A DNA stretch of 64,000 nt, from positions 22,134,001-22,198,000 of the forward strand of contig OZ024765.1 in assembly GCA_964016885.1 (NCBI GenBank), in the 5' to 3' direction. Below are positions 24,347 to 40,805 of this stretch, piece by piece. This stretch comes from Eledone cirrhosa. Lineage: Eukaryota. Below the pieces are notes generated by a model, which saw only the letters and a list, made by a program, of their open reading frames with translations, was not told where the DNA came from and did not search any database. The first letter of the stretch is position 1; each line of letters starts with the position of its first letter. The position numbers were made by a program, and so were the translations under genes.

Positions 24347-24624
24347 CTTACTGGTTCCTATTACCCACTCTACTACCTCAAGTATTGAGTACTTTGGTGC
24401 GTTATGGTCCACCTGGTTCCTTACCACATTTCCTTCGTTATATATATATATATATATATATACTATATATATATATATATACTATATATATATATATATA
24501 TACTATATATATATATATATATACTATATATATATATATATATACTATATATATATATATATATACTATATATATATATATATATACTATATATATATAT
24601 ATATACTATATATATATATATATA

Positions 24625-24702
<78 letters not shown>

Positions 24703-24919
24703 TATATATATATATATATATATACTATATATATATATATATATACTATATATATATATATATATACTATATATATATATATATATACTATATATATATA
24801 TATACTATATATATATATATATATACTATATATATATATATATACTATATATATATATATATACTATATATATATATATATATATACTATATATATATAT
24901 ATATATACTATATATATAT

Positions 24920-25119
24920 NNNNNNNNNNNNNNNNNNNNNNNNNNNNNNNNNNNNNNNNNNNNNNNNNNNNNNNNNNNNNNNNNNNNNNNNNNNNNNNNN
25001 NNNNNNNNNNNNNNNNNNNNNNNNNNNNNNNNNNNNNNNNNNNNNNNNNNNNNNNNNNNNNNNNNNNNNNNNNNNNNNNNNNNNNNNNNNNNNNNNNNNN
25101 NNNNNNNNNNNNNNNNNNN
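24920..25119. other. Assembly gap (200 N)
   Basis: Run of N, followed by low-complexity sequence that looks error-prone. Confidence 1.
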
Positions 25120-27174
25120 CACAAAACCAGACCAAAACCCCAACCAAACCGAACAACACCACCAAAACCAACTACTCCCCACACCATCCCACACCAAAAC
25201 CACCACCCAACACCTAAAAATACCCATCCACCATCCTATACATACACTCCCACCCACGACCCCACCAAACTCATCCAGTCCATGACCGCCACACAGTACC
25301 CCCAGTACAGTCACCCAGAAACCCCCCATGACACCGTAATACCGAGCGACCCCCACTACGCGACACACTCATAAAAATCGACTCCCTATACTCCCGAGTC
25401 ACGATCCACCACCCACAACGGCGGAGTGCGGATCAAGAGCTCATCCCGTGCGTCACAATCTCACTCAAAATCTAACACCTCTATAATGTTTACGCCTGAA
25501 AACGTATACCATTGTGTAAACATTTATACCTTACATGTAGGAACCTTAGCGGCCCGTCAATGCATAAAAAGTATTTTACTATTTATTTATATACATACAC
25601 TGAATTATAATTTACAAAAAATTATAATGTATGATTAAATTATATTTCATTATATTGTCTACGAATGAAAATATTATAAGTAACTCTAAAATTAATGTTT
25701 AAAATGACATTAAAAGATCTAAATAAACACTTTATTTGTCAAGAAAAAAAATATATATGTAATATATATATATCGTATATTATAATATATATAACTATCA
25801 CCATATCTACTCTATACTATTATATATTAAATATATATATACTTTATATGCAAACTATATATACTATATACTATATATTATATATATATATTATATTCTC
25901 TATATATATATGTTTATTATGTTTATATATATACTATATATAAATGTTTATTATATATATATACTAAATATAAGAAGTATATATATATATATATGTATAT
26001 TATATATATATATATATACTATATATATCTATATACTATATATATGTAAATTATATATATATACTATATACTATATATATGTATAGTTATATATCTATAT
26101 ACTATATATATGTATATTATATATATATATATACTATATACTATATTTATGTATATTATATATATACTATTATACTATATATATGTATATCCTATATATA
26201 CTATAAACATGTATGTTATATATATATACTATAATACTATATATATATGTAATATTATATACATATAACTATATATACTATATACTATATATATATTATA
26301 TATATATATATACTACTATATCAACTATAAATAATATACTAAATATACTATATATAATATACTATATATATACTTAAACTATATATATACTAAATATATA
26401 ATACTATATATATATATATACTATATAAATATATACTATATATATATATATACTATATATATATATACATACTATATATATATACTATATATATATATAT
26501 ACTATATATATATAGTATATATACATACTATATATACATATACACTATATATATATCTATATATTATATATACTATATATATATATATATATACTATATA
26601 TATACTATATATATTATATATACTAATAAATATATAGTATATATATATATATACTATATATATATACTATTATATACTTTATATATACAATATATATATA
26701 CTATATATATACTATATATATACTTATAATATATATATACTATATATATATACTATATATATATATACTATATAAGATATAGATATAAATATAATATATT
26801 ATTATACAATATACTATATATATACTATATATACTATAGATTTATATATACTATAGATACTATATATTATATATCTATATATACTATATAAATATTACTA
26901 TATACAATTATATATATACACTATATATACTATATATATATATACACTATATATGCTATATACACTATATATATATACACTATATATATATACACTATAT
27001 ATAGTATATACTATATATATACTATATACTATATACATATATATATATACTATATTTATATATACTATATACTATATACATATATATATATATAACTATA
27101 TACTATATACATATATATATACTATATACATATATATATATATATATACTATATACATATATATATATATATAC

Positions 27175-27208
<34 letters not shown>

Positions 27209-28296
27209 ATATACATATATATATATATACTATATACATATATATATACTATATACTATATATATATACTATATACTATATATATATATATATATATGTA
27301 CTATATACTATATACATATATATATATATATATACTATATACTATATATATATATTATATATAATATATATATATATACTATATACTAAATATACTATAT
27401 AATATATATATATTATCTATAGTATATATATATACTATATACTATATATATACATATACTATATATACTATATATATATACTATATATATACTATATATA
27501 TATATACTATATATATACTATATATATATAGTATATATATAGTATATATATATACTATATATATAGTATATATATATATATACTATATATATGCTATATA
27601 TATAGTATATATATATATATATTATATAGTATATATATGCTATATATATATACTGTATATATATAATATTATATACTACGTATACTATATATATACTATA
27701 TATATATATACTTTATACTATATATACTATATATATATAGTATATATATATATTATATAGTATATATATGCTATATATATATACTGTATATATATAATAT
27801 TATATACTACGTATACTATATACATACTATATATATATATACTATATACTATATATACTATATATATACTATATATACTATATACTATATATATACTAGA
27901 TATACTCTATATATACTATATACTATATATACTATATATATATACTATATATATACTATATATATATATATACTATATATACTATATATACTATATATAT
28001 ATATACTATATATATATAATATATATATAATATAGATATACTATATATATATATACTATATATATATACTATATATACTATATATATACACTATATATAT
28101 ATACTATATATACAATATATATATACTAACAGATTAAAGTTTAAGCAACTTTAATTAAAGTTTATAGTATATATATATATAACATATATATATAATATAT
28201 ATATTTATTAAAATAACAGATTAAAGTTTAAGCAAACTTTAATTAAACTTTGCTTAAACTTTAATCTGTTCTACAGAAAAAACTTTACATGATTTC

Positions 28297-28735
28297 CACT
28301 GAAACTTTTTGCACCCAATTTGCGAATAAGTAAAGACGGAGTTATCGTTCTTGAGATTTCGTCTCTGAGAAATTTAAGGAACTGATGTCGCTAATTTGTC
28401 AAAGAATTTACCTGCCCCGTTGCATCATAGGAGGGTAATGGCTGCCGTTTATTTTTTTTAAACCACGGCAGGTTTTTTAATTTATTTCTCGTTAACTTGT
28501 TTCAATTCACTACTTATATAAAACAAGGAACAAGTTGGCGAAGAGGAAATAAAAAAAATCTGCCGTGGTTTAAAAAAAATAAAAAGCAGCCATTACCCTC
28601 CCATGATGCAACGGGGCAGGTAAATTATTTGACGATTTAGCGACATCAGTTCCTAAATTTCACCGAGACGAAATCTCAAGAACGGTAACTCCGTCTTTAC
28701 TTAATCGTAAAAATGGGTGCAAAAAAAGTTCAGTG
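28297..28735. mobile_element. Fold-back/MITE-like element with long imperfect TIRs (copies at 32743-33183 and 37047-37487)
   Basis: CACTGAAACTTTTTGCACCCA... / ...TGGGTGCAAAAAAGTTTCAGTG, with ~180-bp inverted arms. Confidence 0.75.
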
Positions 28736-29040
28736 TAAAAGGAAGGACCCGGCATGATAGAAGGAGATAGAGTATTAGATGTAAAGAGAGGGTGAGAAAT
28801 AAATGGTGGATAGAGTAATAGAAGTAAAGAGAGGGGGAAGAAGTAAAACGTAGATAGTCAACGCAACTGAGAGAGAGGGTGAGAGAAGGAGAGTGTTACA
28901 CACATTTGTCTTGCTGTCTCTCTCTATTTCTCCTCCTTCGGTATATTATTGCCTCTTACTATGCCCCATTGCAGATCGACGCGCCACCTTTCGATTAAAC
29001 AAAGAAACACTGAAGTACTATGAACGATAACTCTGTTTAA

Positions 29041-29285
29041 GGAACCAGCCAGGTTCGAACCTCTGTAAAATTTTATTCCTGGCCTTAGTAAGCCGGACTG
29101 CTAACCATTCGTCCACACTAGTAAACATATCGTAGCGCACTCTTTAGAGGAAAGTTGAAACTATATAAAAAGAGTAGGAGGTAACTCCGCGGTGACTATA
29201 GCGAACTACTTGAGATTCGAACCCATGTGAGATTATATAGCTGAGGTTAGTAAGCCGCGCTGCTACTACCTCAGCCACATAGGCC
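29041..29285 (-). pseudogene. Two tandem tRNA-like (Pol III) sequences; repeated at ~33487-33733 and ~37777-38022
   Basis: Each has an A-box-like motif (TGGACGAATGG or TGGCTGAGGTAG), a shared GGCTTACTAA and a B box GGTTCGAA(C/T)C. Acceptor stems are poor. Confidence 0.5.
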
Positions 29286-29752
29286 AAAATAGAAATCTCG
29301 CCATAATATCGTTTGTAAAGAGAGGACAATTTTTCTAGCGTCCCGATTTGTTTTTTTCTCTCTCATAATCTAAACATTTCACTCTTTTACTCTCTTATTT
29401 CCAAAATAATTCCACTTAATTCCATTAAATATTCAATCTTGATCATAATAAACTACAGTAACTTTATTTATCTTACAATTACAACTTTTATTTCGACATA
29501 TTTCATTATTAAACAGTTAAAATAATGTTGACCAACACGTTAATCTTTATTAAATCTCCACATATTCACCGATGTTCAACAGATTCTACACAAAAATTGT
29601 TAATAATATACATATGTATATTTATTTATACACATGTATGTATAAATATATACATATATATAAAATGTATAGCGCTAATTAATAAATATTTCCATCTGTG
29701 ACGATCCGTACAACCAATAATAGTAGAAGACACGTTAAATGATGCGTATATA

Positions 29753-29825
29753 CAGTGTCCCCCAAAATGTATACACATTCACGTAGAATGCTGTTAAGTC
29801 TGTATACATTTTAAGGGACAACCTG
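29753..29825. mobile_element. Small Tc1/mariner-type MITE (copies at ~34201 and ~38492)
   Basis: TA-CAGTGTCCCCCAAAATGTATAC...GTATACATTTTAAGGGACAACCTG-TA, related to 9690-9787. Confidence 0.6.
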
Positions 29826-31625
29826 TATATATTAAGACGACTGATATATATATTTATATTTATACATATATATTTTTATGTATTCCGATTAAATATTCTA
29901 CATGTGTATATTACATTTATATATAAAAATATATATACTCTTATATGTTTACGCCTGAAAACGTATACATGTGTGTAAACATTTATACATGACATGTGTA
30001 CATATAGGCGGACAGTCATGGCATATAAAGGATTTTACTATTTATTTATATACATACACTGAATTATTAATTTAAAAAAAATTATAATGTATGATTAATT
30101 ATATTTCATTATATTGTCTACGAATGAAAATTATTATAAGAACTTAAATTAATGTTAAAATGACATTAAAAGATCTAAATAAACACTTATTTGTCAAGAA
30201 AAAAAATATATATGTAATATATATATATATATATTATATATTATATATATATACCATATATAATCTATACTATATATATATTATATATATATATACTTTA
30301 TATGCATACTATATATACTATATACTATATATTATATATATATATTATATTCTATATATATATATGTTTATTATGTTATATATATATTACTAATATATAT
30401 GTTTATTATATATATAATACTATATATAGATGTATATTATATATATATTATGTATATTATATATATATATATATACTATATATACTATATACTATATATA
30501 TGTAAATTATATATATATACTATATACTATATATATGTATATTATATATCTATATACTATATATATGTATATTATATATATATATATACTATATACTATA
30601 TTTATGTATATTATATATATACTATATACTATATATATGTATATCCTATATATACTTATATACATGTATGTTATATATATATACTATATACTATATATAT
30701 AGTGTATATTATATACATATATACTATATATACTATATACTATATATATATGATTATATATATAGATATATACTATATCAACTATAAATATTATACTATA
30801 TATACTATATATATATACTATATATATACTGATATACTATATATATACTATATATATATACTATATATATATACTATATATATATATACTATAATAGATA
30901 TTATACTATATATATATATACATACTATATATATATACTATATATATATATATACTATATATAGTATAGTATATATACATACTTATATATACATATACAC
31001 TATATATATACTATATATATATATATACTATATATAGATATATTATATATATATATATACTATATATATATATATACTATATATATATATGTATATATAT
31101 ATATATACTATATATATTTACTATATATATACTATATATATACAATATATATATACTATATATATACTATATATATACTATATATATATATATACTATAT
31201 ATATATACTATATATATATACTATATATATATAATATATATATAATATATTATACTATACATTATATATACTATATATACTATATATTTATATATACTAT
31301 ATATACTATATATATATATATACTATATATACTATATATAAATATATACTATATACATTATATATATACACTATATATACTATATATATATATACACTAT
31401 TTTATGCTATATACACTATATATATATACACTATATATATATACACTATATATATATATACTATATATATACTATATACTATATACATATATATATATAC
31501 TATATTTATATATACTATATACTATATACATATATATATATATACTATATACTATATACATATATATATACTATATACATATATATATATATATATACTA
31601 TATACATATATATATATATATATAC

Positions 31626-31659
<34 letters not shown>

Positions 31660-34600
31660 ATATACATATATATATATATACTATATACATATATATATAC
31701 TATATACTATATATATATACTATATACTATATATATATATATATATATGTACTATATACTATATACATATATATATATATATACTATATACTATATATAT
31801 ATATTATATATAATATATATATATATACTATATACTAAATATACTATATAATATATATATATTATCTATAGTATATATATACTATATACTATATATATAC
31901 ATATACTATATATACTATATATATATACTATATATATACTATATATATATATACTATATATACTATATATATATAGTATATATATAGTATATATATATAC
32001 TATATATATAGTATATATATATATATACTATATATATGCTATATATATAGTATATATATATATATATTATATAGTATATATATGCTATATATATATACTG
32101 TATATATATAATATTATATACTACGTATACTATATATATACTATATATATATATACTTTATACTATATATACTATATATATATATAGTATATATATATAT
32201 TATATAGTATATATATGCTATATATATATACTGTATATATATAATATTATATACTACGTATACTATATACATACTATATATATATATACTATATACTATA
32301 TATACTATATATATACTATATATACTATATACTATATATATACTAGATATACTCTATATATACTATATACTATATATACTATATATATATACTATATATA
32401 TACTATATATATATATATACTATATATACTATATATACTATATATATATATACTATATATATATAATATATATATAATATAGATATACTATATATATATA
32501 TACTATATATATATACTATATATACTATATATATACACTATATATATATACTATATATACAATATATATACTAACAGATTAAAGTTTAAGCAAACTTTAA
32601 TTAAAGTTTATAGTATATATATATATAACATATATATATAATATATATATTTATTAAAATAACAGATTAAAGTTTAAGCAAACTTTAATTAAACTTTGCT
32701 TAAACTTTAATCTGTTCTACAGAAAAAACTTTACATGATTTCCACTGAAACTTTTTGCACCCAATTTTGCGAATAAGTAAAGACGGAGTTATCGTTCTTG
32801 AGATTTCGTCTCTGAGAAATTTAAGGAACTGATGTCGCTAATTTGTCAAAGAATTTACCTGCCCCGTTGCATCATAGGAGGGTAATGGCTGCCGTTTATT
32901 TTTTTTAAACCACGGCAGGTTTTTTAATTTATTTCTCGTTAACTTGTTTCAATTCACTACTTATATAAAACAAGGAACAAGTTGGCGAAGAGGAAATAAA
33001 AAAAATCTGCCGTGGTTTAAAAAAAATAAAAAGCAGCCATTACCCTCCCATGATGCAACGGGGCAGGTAAATTATTTGACGATTTAGCGACATCAGTTCC
33101 TTAAATTTCACCGAGACGAAATCTCAAGAACGGTAACTCCGTCTTTACTTAATCGTAAAAATGGGTGCAAAAAAGTTTCAGTGTAAAAGGAAGGACCCGG
33201 CATGATAGAAGGAGATAGAGTATTAGATGTAAAGAGAGGGTGAGAAATAAATGGTGGATAGAGTAATAGAAGTAAAGAGAGGGGGAAGAAGTAAAACGTA
33301 GATAGTCAACGCAACTGAGAGAGAGGGTGAGAGAAGGAGAGTGTTACACACATTTGTCTTGCTGTCTCTCTCTATTTCTCCACCTTCGGTATATTATTGC
33401 ATCTTACTATGCCCATTGCAGATCGACGCGCCACCTTTCGATTAAACAAAGAAACACTGAAGTACTATGAACGATAACTCTGTTTAAGGAACCAGCCAGG
33501 TTCGAACCTCTGTAACACTTTATTCCTGGCCTTAGTAAGCCGTATTGCTAACCATTCGTCCACACTAGTAAACATATCGTAGCGCCCTCTTTAGAGGAAA
33601 GTTGAAACTATATAAAAAGAGTAGGAGGTAACTCCGCGGTAACTATAGCGAACTACTTGAGATTCGAACCCATGTGAGATTATATAGCTGAGGTTAGTAA
33701 GCCGCGCTGCTACTACCTCAGCCACATAGGCCAAAATAGAAATCTCGCCATAATATCGTTTGTAAAGAGAGGACAATTTTTCTAGCGTCCCCGATTTGTT
33801 TTTTTCTCTCTCATAATCTAAACATTTCACTCTTTTACTCTCTTATTTCCAAAATAATTCCACTTAATTCCATTAAATATTCAATCTTGATCATAATAAA
33901 CTACAGTAACTTTATTTATCTTGCAATTACAACTTTTATTTCGACATATTTCATTATTAAACAGTTAAAATAATGTTGACCAACACGTTAATCTTTATTA
34001 AATCTCCACATATTCACCGATGTTCAACAGATTCTACACAAAAATTGTTAATAAAATACATATGTATATTTATTTATACACATGTATGTATAAATATATA
34101 CATATATATAAAATGTATAGCGCTAATTAATAAATATTTCCATCTGTGACGATCCGTACAACCAATAATAGTAGAAGACACGTTAAATGATGCAAATATA
34201 CAGTGTCCCCCAAAATGTATACACATTCACGTAGAATGCTGTTAAAGTCTGTATACATTTTAAGGGACAACCTGTATATATGAAGACGACTGATATATAT
34301 ATATTTATATTTATACATATATATTTTTATGTATTCCATTAAATATTCTACATGTGTATATTACATTTATATATAAAAATAGTATATACTCTTATATGTT
34401 TACGCCTGAAAACGTATACATGTGTGTAAACATTTATACATACATGTGTACATATAGGCGGACAGTCATGCATATAAGTATTTACTATTTATTTATATAC
34501 ATACACTGAATTATTAATTTAAAAAAAATTAGAATGTATGGATTTATTATATGTCGATTATAGTGGTCTACGAATGAGGAATTATTATAAGAACTTAAAT

Positions 34601-35344
34601 TATGTTAAAATGACATTAAAAGATCTAAATAAACACTTTATTTGATCAAGAAAAAAAATATATATGTATTTGTAGTAGTGATAGTTTTGAATGATATATA
34701 CCATATATACTCTATACTATATATATATTATATATATATATAGCTTTATATGCATACTATATATACTATATACTATATATTATATATATATATATTATAT
34801 TCTATATATATATATGTTTTATTATATATATATATATATATACTATATATATATGTTTATTATATATATATACTATATATAGATGTATATTTATATATAT
34901 ATATATGTATATTATATATATATATATACTATATATACTATATACTATATATATGTAAATTATATATATATACTATATACTATATATATGTATATTATAT
35001 ATCTATATACTATATATATGTATATTATATATATATACTATATACTATATTTATGTATATTATATATATAATCTATATACTATATATATAGTATATTATA
35101 TACATATATACTATATATACTATATACTATATATATATATTATATATATATATATACTATATCAACTATAAATATATACTATATATACTATATATATCTA
35201 TACTATATATATATATACTATATATATATACTATATATATATATACATACTATATATATATACTATATATATATATACTATATATATAGTATATATACAT
35301 ACTATATATGTATATACACTATATATATACTATATATATATATA

Positions 35345-35383
<39 letters not shown>

Positions 35384-38300
35384 TACTATATATATATATA
35401 TACTATATATATATATATATACTATATATATACTATATATATACTATATATATACTATATATATATACTATATATATATACTATATATATACTATATATA
35501 TACTATATATATATATATACTATATATATATACTATATATATATATACTATATATATATAATATATATATAATATATATATACTATACATATATATACTA
35601 TATATACTATATATACTATATATTTATATATACTATATATACTATATATATATATATACTATATATACTATATATAAATATATACTATATACATTATATA
35701 TATACACTATATATACTATATATATATATACACTATATATGCTATATATGCTATATACACTATATATATATACACTATATATATATACACTATATATATA
35801 TACTATATACTATATACATATATATATATACTATATATATATATACTATATACTATATACATATATATATATATACTATATACTATATACATATATATAT
35901 ATATACTATATACATATATATATATATACTATATACATATATATATATACTATATACATATTATATATATATACTATATACATATATATATATATATATA
36001 CTATATACATATATATATATATACTATATACATATATATATACTATATACTATATATATATACTATATACTATATATATATATATATATGTACTATATAC
36101 TATATACATATATATATATATATACTATATACTATATATATATATTATATATAATATATATATATATACTATATACTAAATATACTATATAATATATATA
36201 TATTATCTATAGTATATATATACTATATACTATATATATACATATACTATATATACTATATATATATACTATATATATACTATATATATACTCTATATAT
36301 ACTATATATATATAGTATATATATATACTATATATATAGTATATATATATATACTATATATATGCTATATATATATAGTATATATATATATATATTATAT
36401 AGTATATATATGCTATATATATATACTGTATATATATAATATTATATACTACGTATACTATATATATACTATATATATATATACTTTATACTATATATAC
36501 TATATATATATAGTATATATATATATTATATAGTATATATATGCTATATATATATACTGTATATATATAATATTATATACTACGTATACTATATACATAC
36601 TATATATATATATACTATATACTATATATACTATATACTATATATATACTAGATATACTCTATATATACTATATACTATATATACTATATATATATATAC
36701 TATATATATACTATATATATATATATACTATATATACTATATATATATATATACTATATATATATAATATATATATAATATATATATACTATATATATAT
36801 ATATACTATATATATATACTATATATACTATATATATACACTATATATATATACTATATATACAACATATATATACTAACAGATTAAAGTTTAAGCAAAC
36901 TTTAATTAAAGTTTATAGTATATATATATAATATATATATATAGTATATATATTTATTAAAATAACAGATTAAAGTTTAAGCAAACTTTAATTAAACTTT
37001 GCTTAAACTTTAATCTGTTCTACAGAAAAAAACTTTACATGATTTCCACTGAAACTTTTTGCACCCAATTTTGCGAATAAGTAAAGACGGAGTTATCGTT
37101 CTTGAGATTTCGTCTCTGAGAAATTTAAGGAACTGATGTCGCTAATTTGTGAAAGAATTTACCTGCCCCCGTTGCACCATGGGAGGGTAATGGCTGCCGT
37201 TTATTTTTCTTAAACCACGGCAGGTTTTTTAATTTCTTTCTCGTTAACTTGTTTTAATTCACTACTTATATAAAACAAGGAACAAGTTGGCGAAGAGGAA
37301 ATAAAAAAAATCTGCCTTGGTTTAAAAAAATAAAAAGCAGCCATTACCCTCCCATGATGCAACGGGGCAGGTAAATTCTTTGACGATTTAGCGACATCAG
37401 TTCCTTAAATTTCACCGAGACGAAATCTCAAGAACGGTAACTCCGTCTTTACTTAATTGCAAAAATGGGTGCAAAAAAGTTTCAGTGTAGAAGGACCCGG
37501 CATGATAGAAGGAGATACAGTATTAGATGTAAAGAGAGGGTGAGAAATAAATGGTGGATAGAGTAATAGAAGTAAAGAGAGGGACAGAAGTAAAACGTAG
37601 ATAGTCAACGCAACTGAGAGAGAGGGTGAGAGTGTTACACACATTTGTCTTGCTGTCTCTCTCTATTTCTCCTCCTTCGGTATATTATTGCCTCTTACTA
37701 TGTCCCATTGCAGATCGACGCGCCACCTTTCGATTAAACAAAGATCACTGAAGTACTATGAACAATAACTCTGTTTAAGGAACCAGCCAGGTTCGAACCT
37801 CTGTAACACTTTATTCCTGGCCTTAGTAAGCCGGACTGCTAACCATTCGTCCACACTAGTAAACATATCGTAGCGCCCTCTTTAGAGGAAAGTTGAAACT
37901 ATATAAAAAGAGTAGGAGGTAACTCCGAGGTGACTATAGAGAACTACTTGAGATTCGAACCTATGTGAGATTATATAGCTGAAGTTAGTAAGCCGCGCTG
38001 CTACTACCTCAGCCACATAAGCCAAAATAGAAATCTCGCCATAATATCGTTTGCAAAGAATGGACAATTTTTATAGCGTCCCCGATTTGTTTTTTTCTCT
38101 CTCATAATCTAAACATTTCACTCTTTTACTCTCTTATTTCCTAAATAATTCCACTTAATTCCATTAAATATTCAATCTTGATCATAATAAACTACAGTAA
38201 CTTTATTTATCTTACAATTACAACTTTTATTTCGACATATTTCATTATTAAACAGTTAAAATAATGTTGACCAACACGTTAATCTTTATTAAATCTCCAC

Positions 38301-38838
38301 ATATTCACCGATGTTCAACAGATTCTACACAAACATTGTTAATAAAATACATATGTATATTTATTTATACACATGTATGTATAAATATATACATATATAT
38401 AAAATGTATAGCGCTAATTAATAAATATTTCCATCTGTGACGATCCGTACAACCAATAATAGTAGAAGACACGTTAAATGATGCGTATATACAGTGTCCC
38501 CCAAAATGTATACACATTCACGTAGAATGCTGTTAAAGTCTGTATACATTTTAAGGGACAACCTGTATATATTAAGACGACTGATATATATATTTATATT
38601 TATACATATATATTTTTATGTATTCCATTAAATATTCTACATGTGTATATTACATTTATATGAATATATATATAAAAATATATATACTCTTATATGTTTA
38701 CGTCTGGAAATGTATACACGTATGTAAACATTTATACATATATGTGTACGTATATGCTCACAGTCATGCATATAAAATATTTTACTATTTATTTATATAC
38801 ATACCCTGAACTATTAATTTTTAAAAATTACAATGCAT

Positions 38839-39867
38839 GACTAGCAGAAAACCACCCTCCTGCTATCCCCCTCTTGTAGTCTGTCTCTTTCTTTCACTCT
38901 CACTCTCTATCTACGCGCGCGCAAAAAACATTCGCACGCGCGCACGTGTTTCCACTGTCGGACAGACAGACAGAGAAATTGCTGGTTATATATTATAAGG
39001 AGATTACATATACATATGTAACTATGTATATCAGCATCATCATCACCATTATATATATATATATAATATGGGCCGAAGCCGAAAAAAATTTTGTTTGGCA
39101 GCTCTAATTGCGCCTTAATTTTATTCAAAAAATTGTATACTAACATATTCGAATACCAGGCACTATTGGAATCAACAATAGCAGCGTCCTGAGGGTCATT
39201 ACAAAACACAAATTTGCGAGAATTAGTGTTTAAGGCTTGGAAGGTGGTAAAAAAAATCCACAAAAGTTCCATTCTTTAAAAAAAAAAAATTATTTTTAAT
39301 AATATTTAAATAACTGGCGGTTAGAAAAAAATATTCCTATGAAATTTTAATCATACCATTAGGTGTGAATAAGGAAATATTTTTTTATTGTCAAAACAAA
39401 TGTTCTTAAAGTTAAACTTCAATTTTTTGAATTATTTCCAATTTTTTCATGAAATTGAACACTGGACATTGGCTGTTGGAAATGGAAATTAAATCATATT
39501 TAATTGTATTTAAATTTCTAACCTTATTTTATTATTTATATTTTTTCAATAAGAAATAAAAAAAAACAACAAAAAAAATTGAAGAAAAAAATTGAACAAA
39601 TCAAACGTAGGTTATGGAACTGCGCAATCTGATTAATAAATTACATCAGAAGCAGCAACCTTCTTCAAATGGTCCTTATTATCAGCAGCAACAACCACAA
39701 ATTCAATGGCAACCTTCTTCGCATGGTGTCAAGTCAGAACCGCCTCGAACTGGTTACTTCTGGCTTGTGCAAGGTGTCTCTATAGCAACCAGCGATTCTC
39801 TCGGCCTCAGTGACCAAAGTCAGTGGAGAGGGGAAGGTAATGTTTCTGTAGCACGTGTTTTAGCGTC

Positions 39868-39902
<35 letters not shown>

Positions 39903-40020
39903 TCTCCCTCCCGCTATCCCCCTCTCGTAGTCTGTCTCTTTCTTTCACTCTCACTCTCTCTCTACGCACGTGTTTCCACTGTCGGACAGACAGACAGAGA
40001 AATTGTTGGTTATATATATA
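38839..40020 (+). mobile_element. Two Helentron/HINE-like 3' ends (38860-38993 and 39905-40017) around an AT-rich DNA-transposon-like fragment
   Basis: Direct repeat ending CGGACAGACAGACAGAGAAATTG.TGGTTATATAT. The left end CTAGCAGAAAACCACC also occurs as a hairpin at 9061-9109. Classification is inference. Confidence 0.35.
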
Positions 40021-40048
40021 AGTAGATATATATGTATGTATATGTATG

Positions 40049-40089
<41 letters not shown>

Positions 40090-40090
<1 letters not shown>

Positions 40091-40675
40091 AGGTTAGCTG
40101 GACATGCTCACCGACATCCAGAGTTTACACTGCACTCAGTGCCCCTGGACGGGTTGGAAGAAGTTTAGGGAGCTGCTTCCTCTGTTGACGAAGAAGGGTT
40201 TCTCCCTGCGTATGAAAGGCCGGTTGTATGATGCCTGTGTGACGAGCGCGATGCTGCATGGTAGTGAGACATGGGCAGCAACTGCAGAGGATATGCGACG
40301 GCTGGAGAGAAATGAGGCAAGCATGCTCCGTTGGATGTGCAGTGTAAATGTGCGTGAACGACCCAGCATGGATGTGTTGAGAGGGATAGAATGTAGTGTA
40401 CGGGAGAGGAGACTGAGGTGGTATGGACATGTGATGCGCATGGAGGATGACCGATGGGTGAAGAAGTGCCAGGAATTGCCAGTTGAGGGAAGACATGGTA
40501 GAGGTAGACCACAAAAAACATGGGCGGAGGTGGTGAGAACAGACCTCAGATCATTGAAGTTCACGGTGGAGATGACGAAGGGCAGTGACGAGTGGAGAGA
40601 TGCTGTGCTGAATAAGACCCATCCTACCCTTGCAAGCAGGGAAAATTGGACGTAAAATGATGATGATGATGATGA
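40090..40675 (+). mobile_element. Chimeric RTE 3' fragment
   Basis: 40090-40146 matches 21579-21635. The rest matches the 326-1520 family, with a (TGA)n tail. Confidence 0.85.
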
Positions 40676-40685
40676 TATATATATA

Positions 40686-40733
<48 letters not shown>

Positions 40734-40738
40734 TTTTC

Positions 40739-40804
<66 letters not shown>

Positions 40805-40805
40805 T

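Larger units (their letters stand above)
21851..24438 (+). mobile_element. Severely truncated PLE forming a ~2.5-kb palindrome (inverted pLTR)
   Basis: Arms 21851-23063 and 23146-24358 appear identical. The spacer encodes ..LKDELVTACKHRLRR..*, resembling the PLE endonuclease C-terminus. Hammerhead in the arms. Flanked by (TA)n. Confidence 0.8.
25486..38835. repeat. Three tandem copies of a ~4.3-4.5-kb unit (about 60% TA microsatellite)
   Basis: Anchor ATGTTTACGCCTGAAAACGTATAC at 25486, 29945 and 34396, with a diverged copy at 38694. Confidence 0.92.

Noticed and set aside
25120-25480. C/A-rich sequence after the gap
   Set aside because: Looks like a low-quality contig end.
28360-28400. CTGAGAA / CTGATGT hammerhead-like cores in the fold-back element
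   Set aside because: Cores are incomplete and there are no compatible stems.
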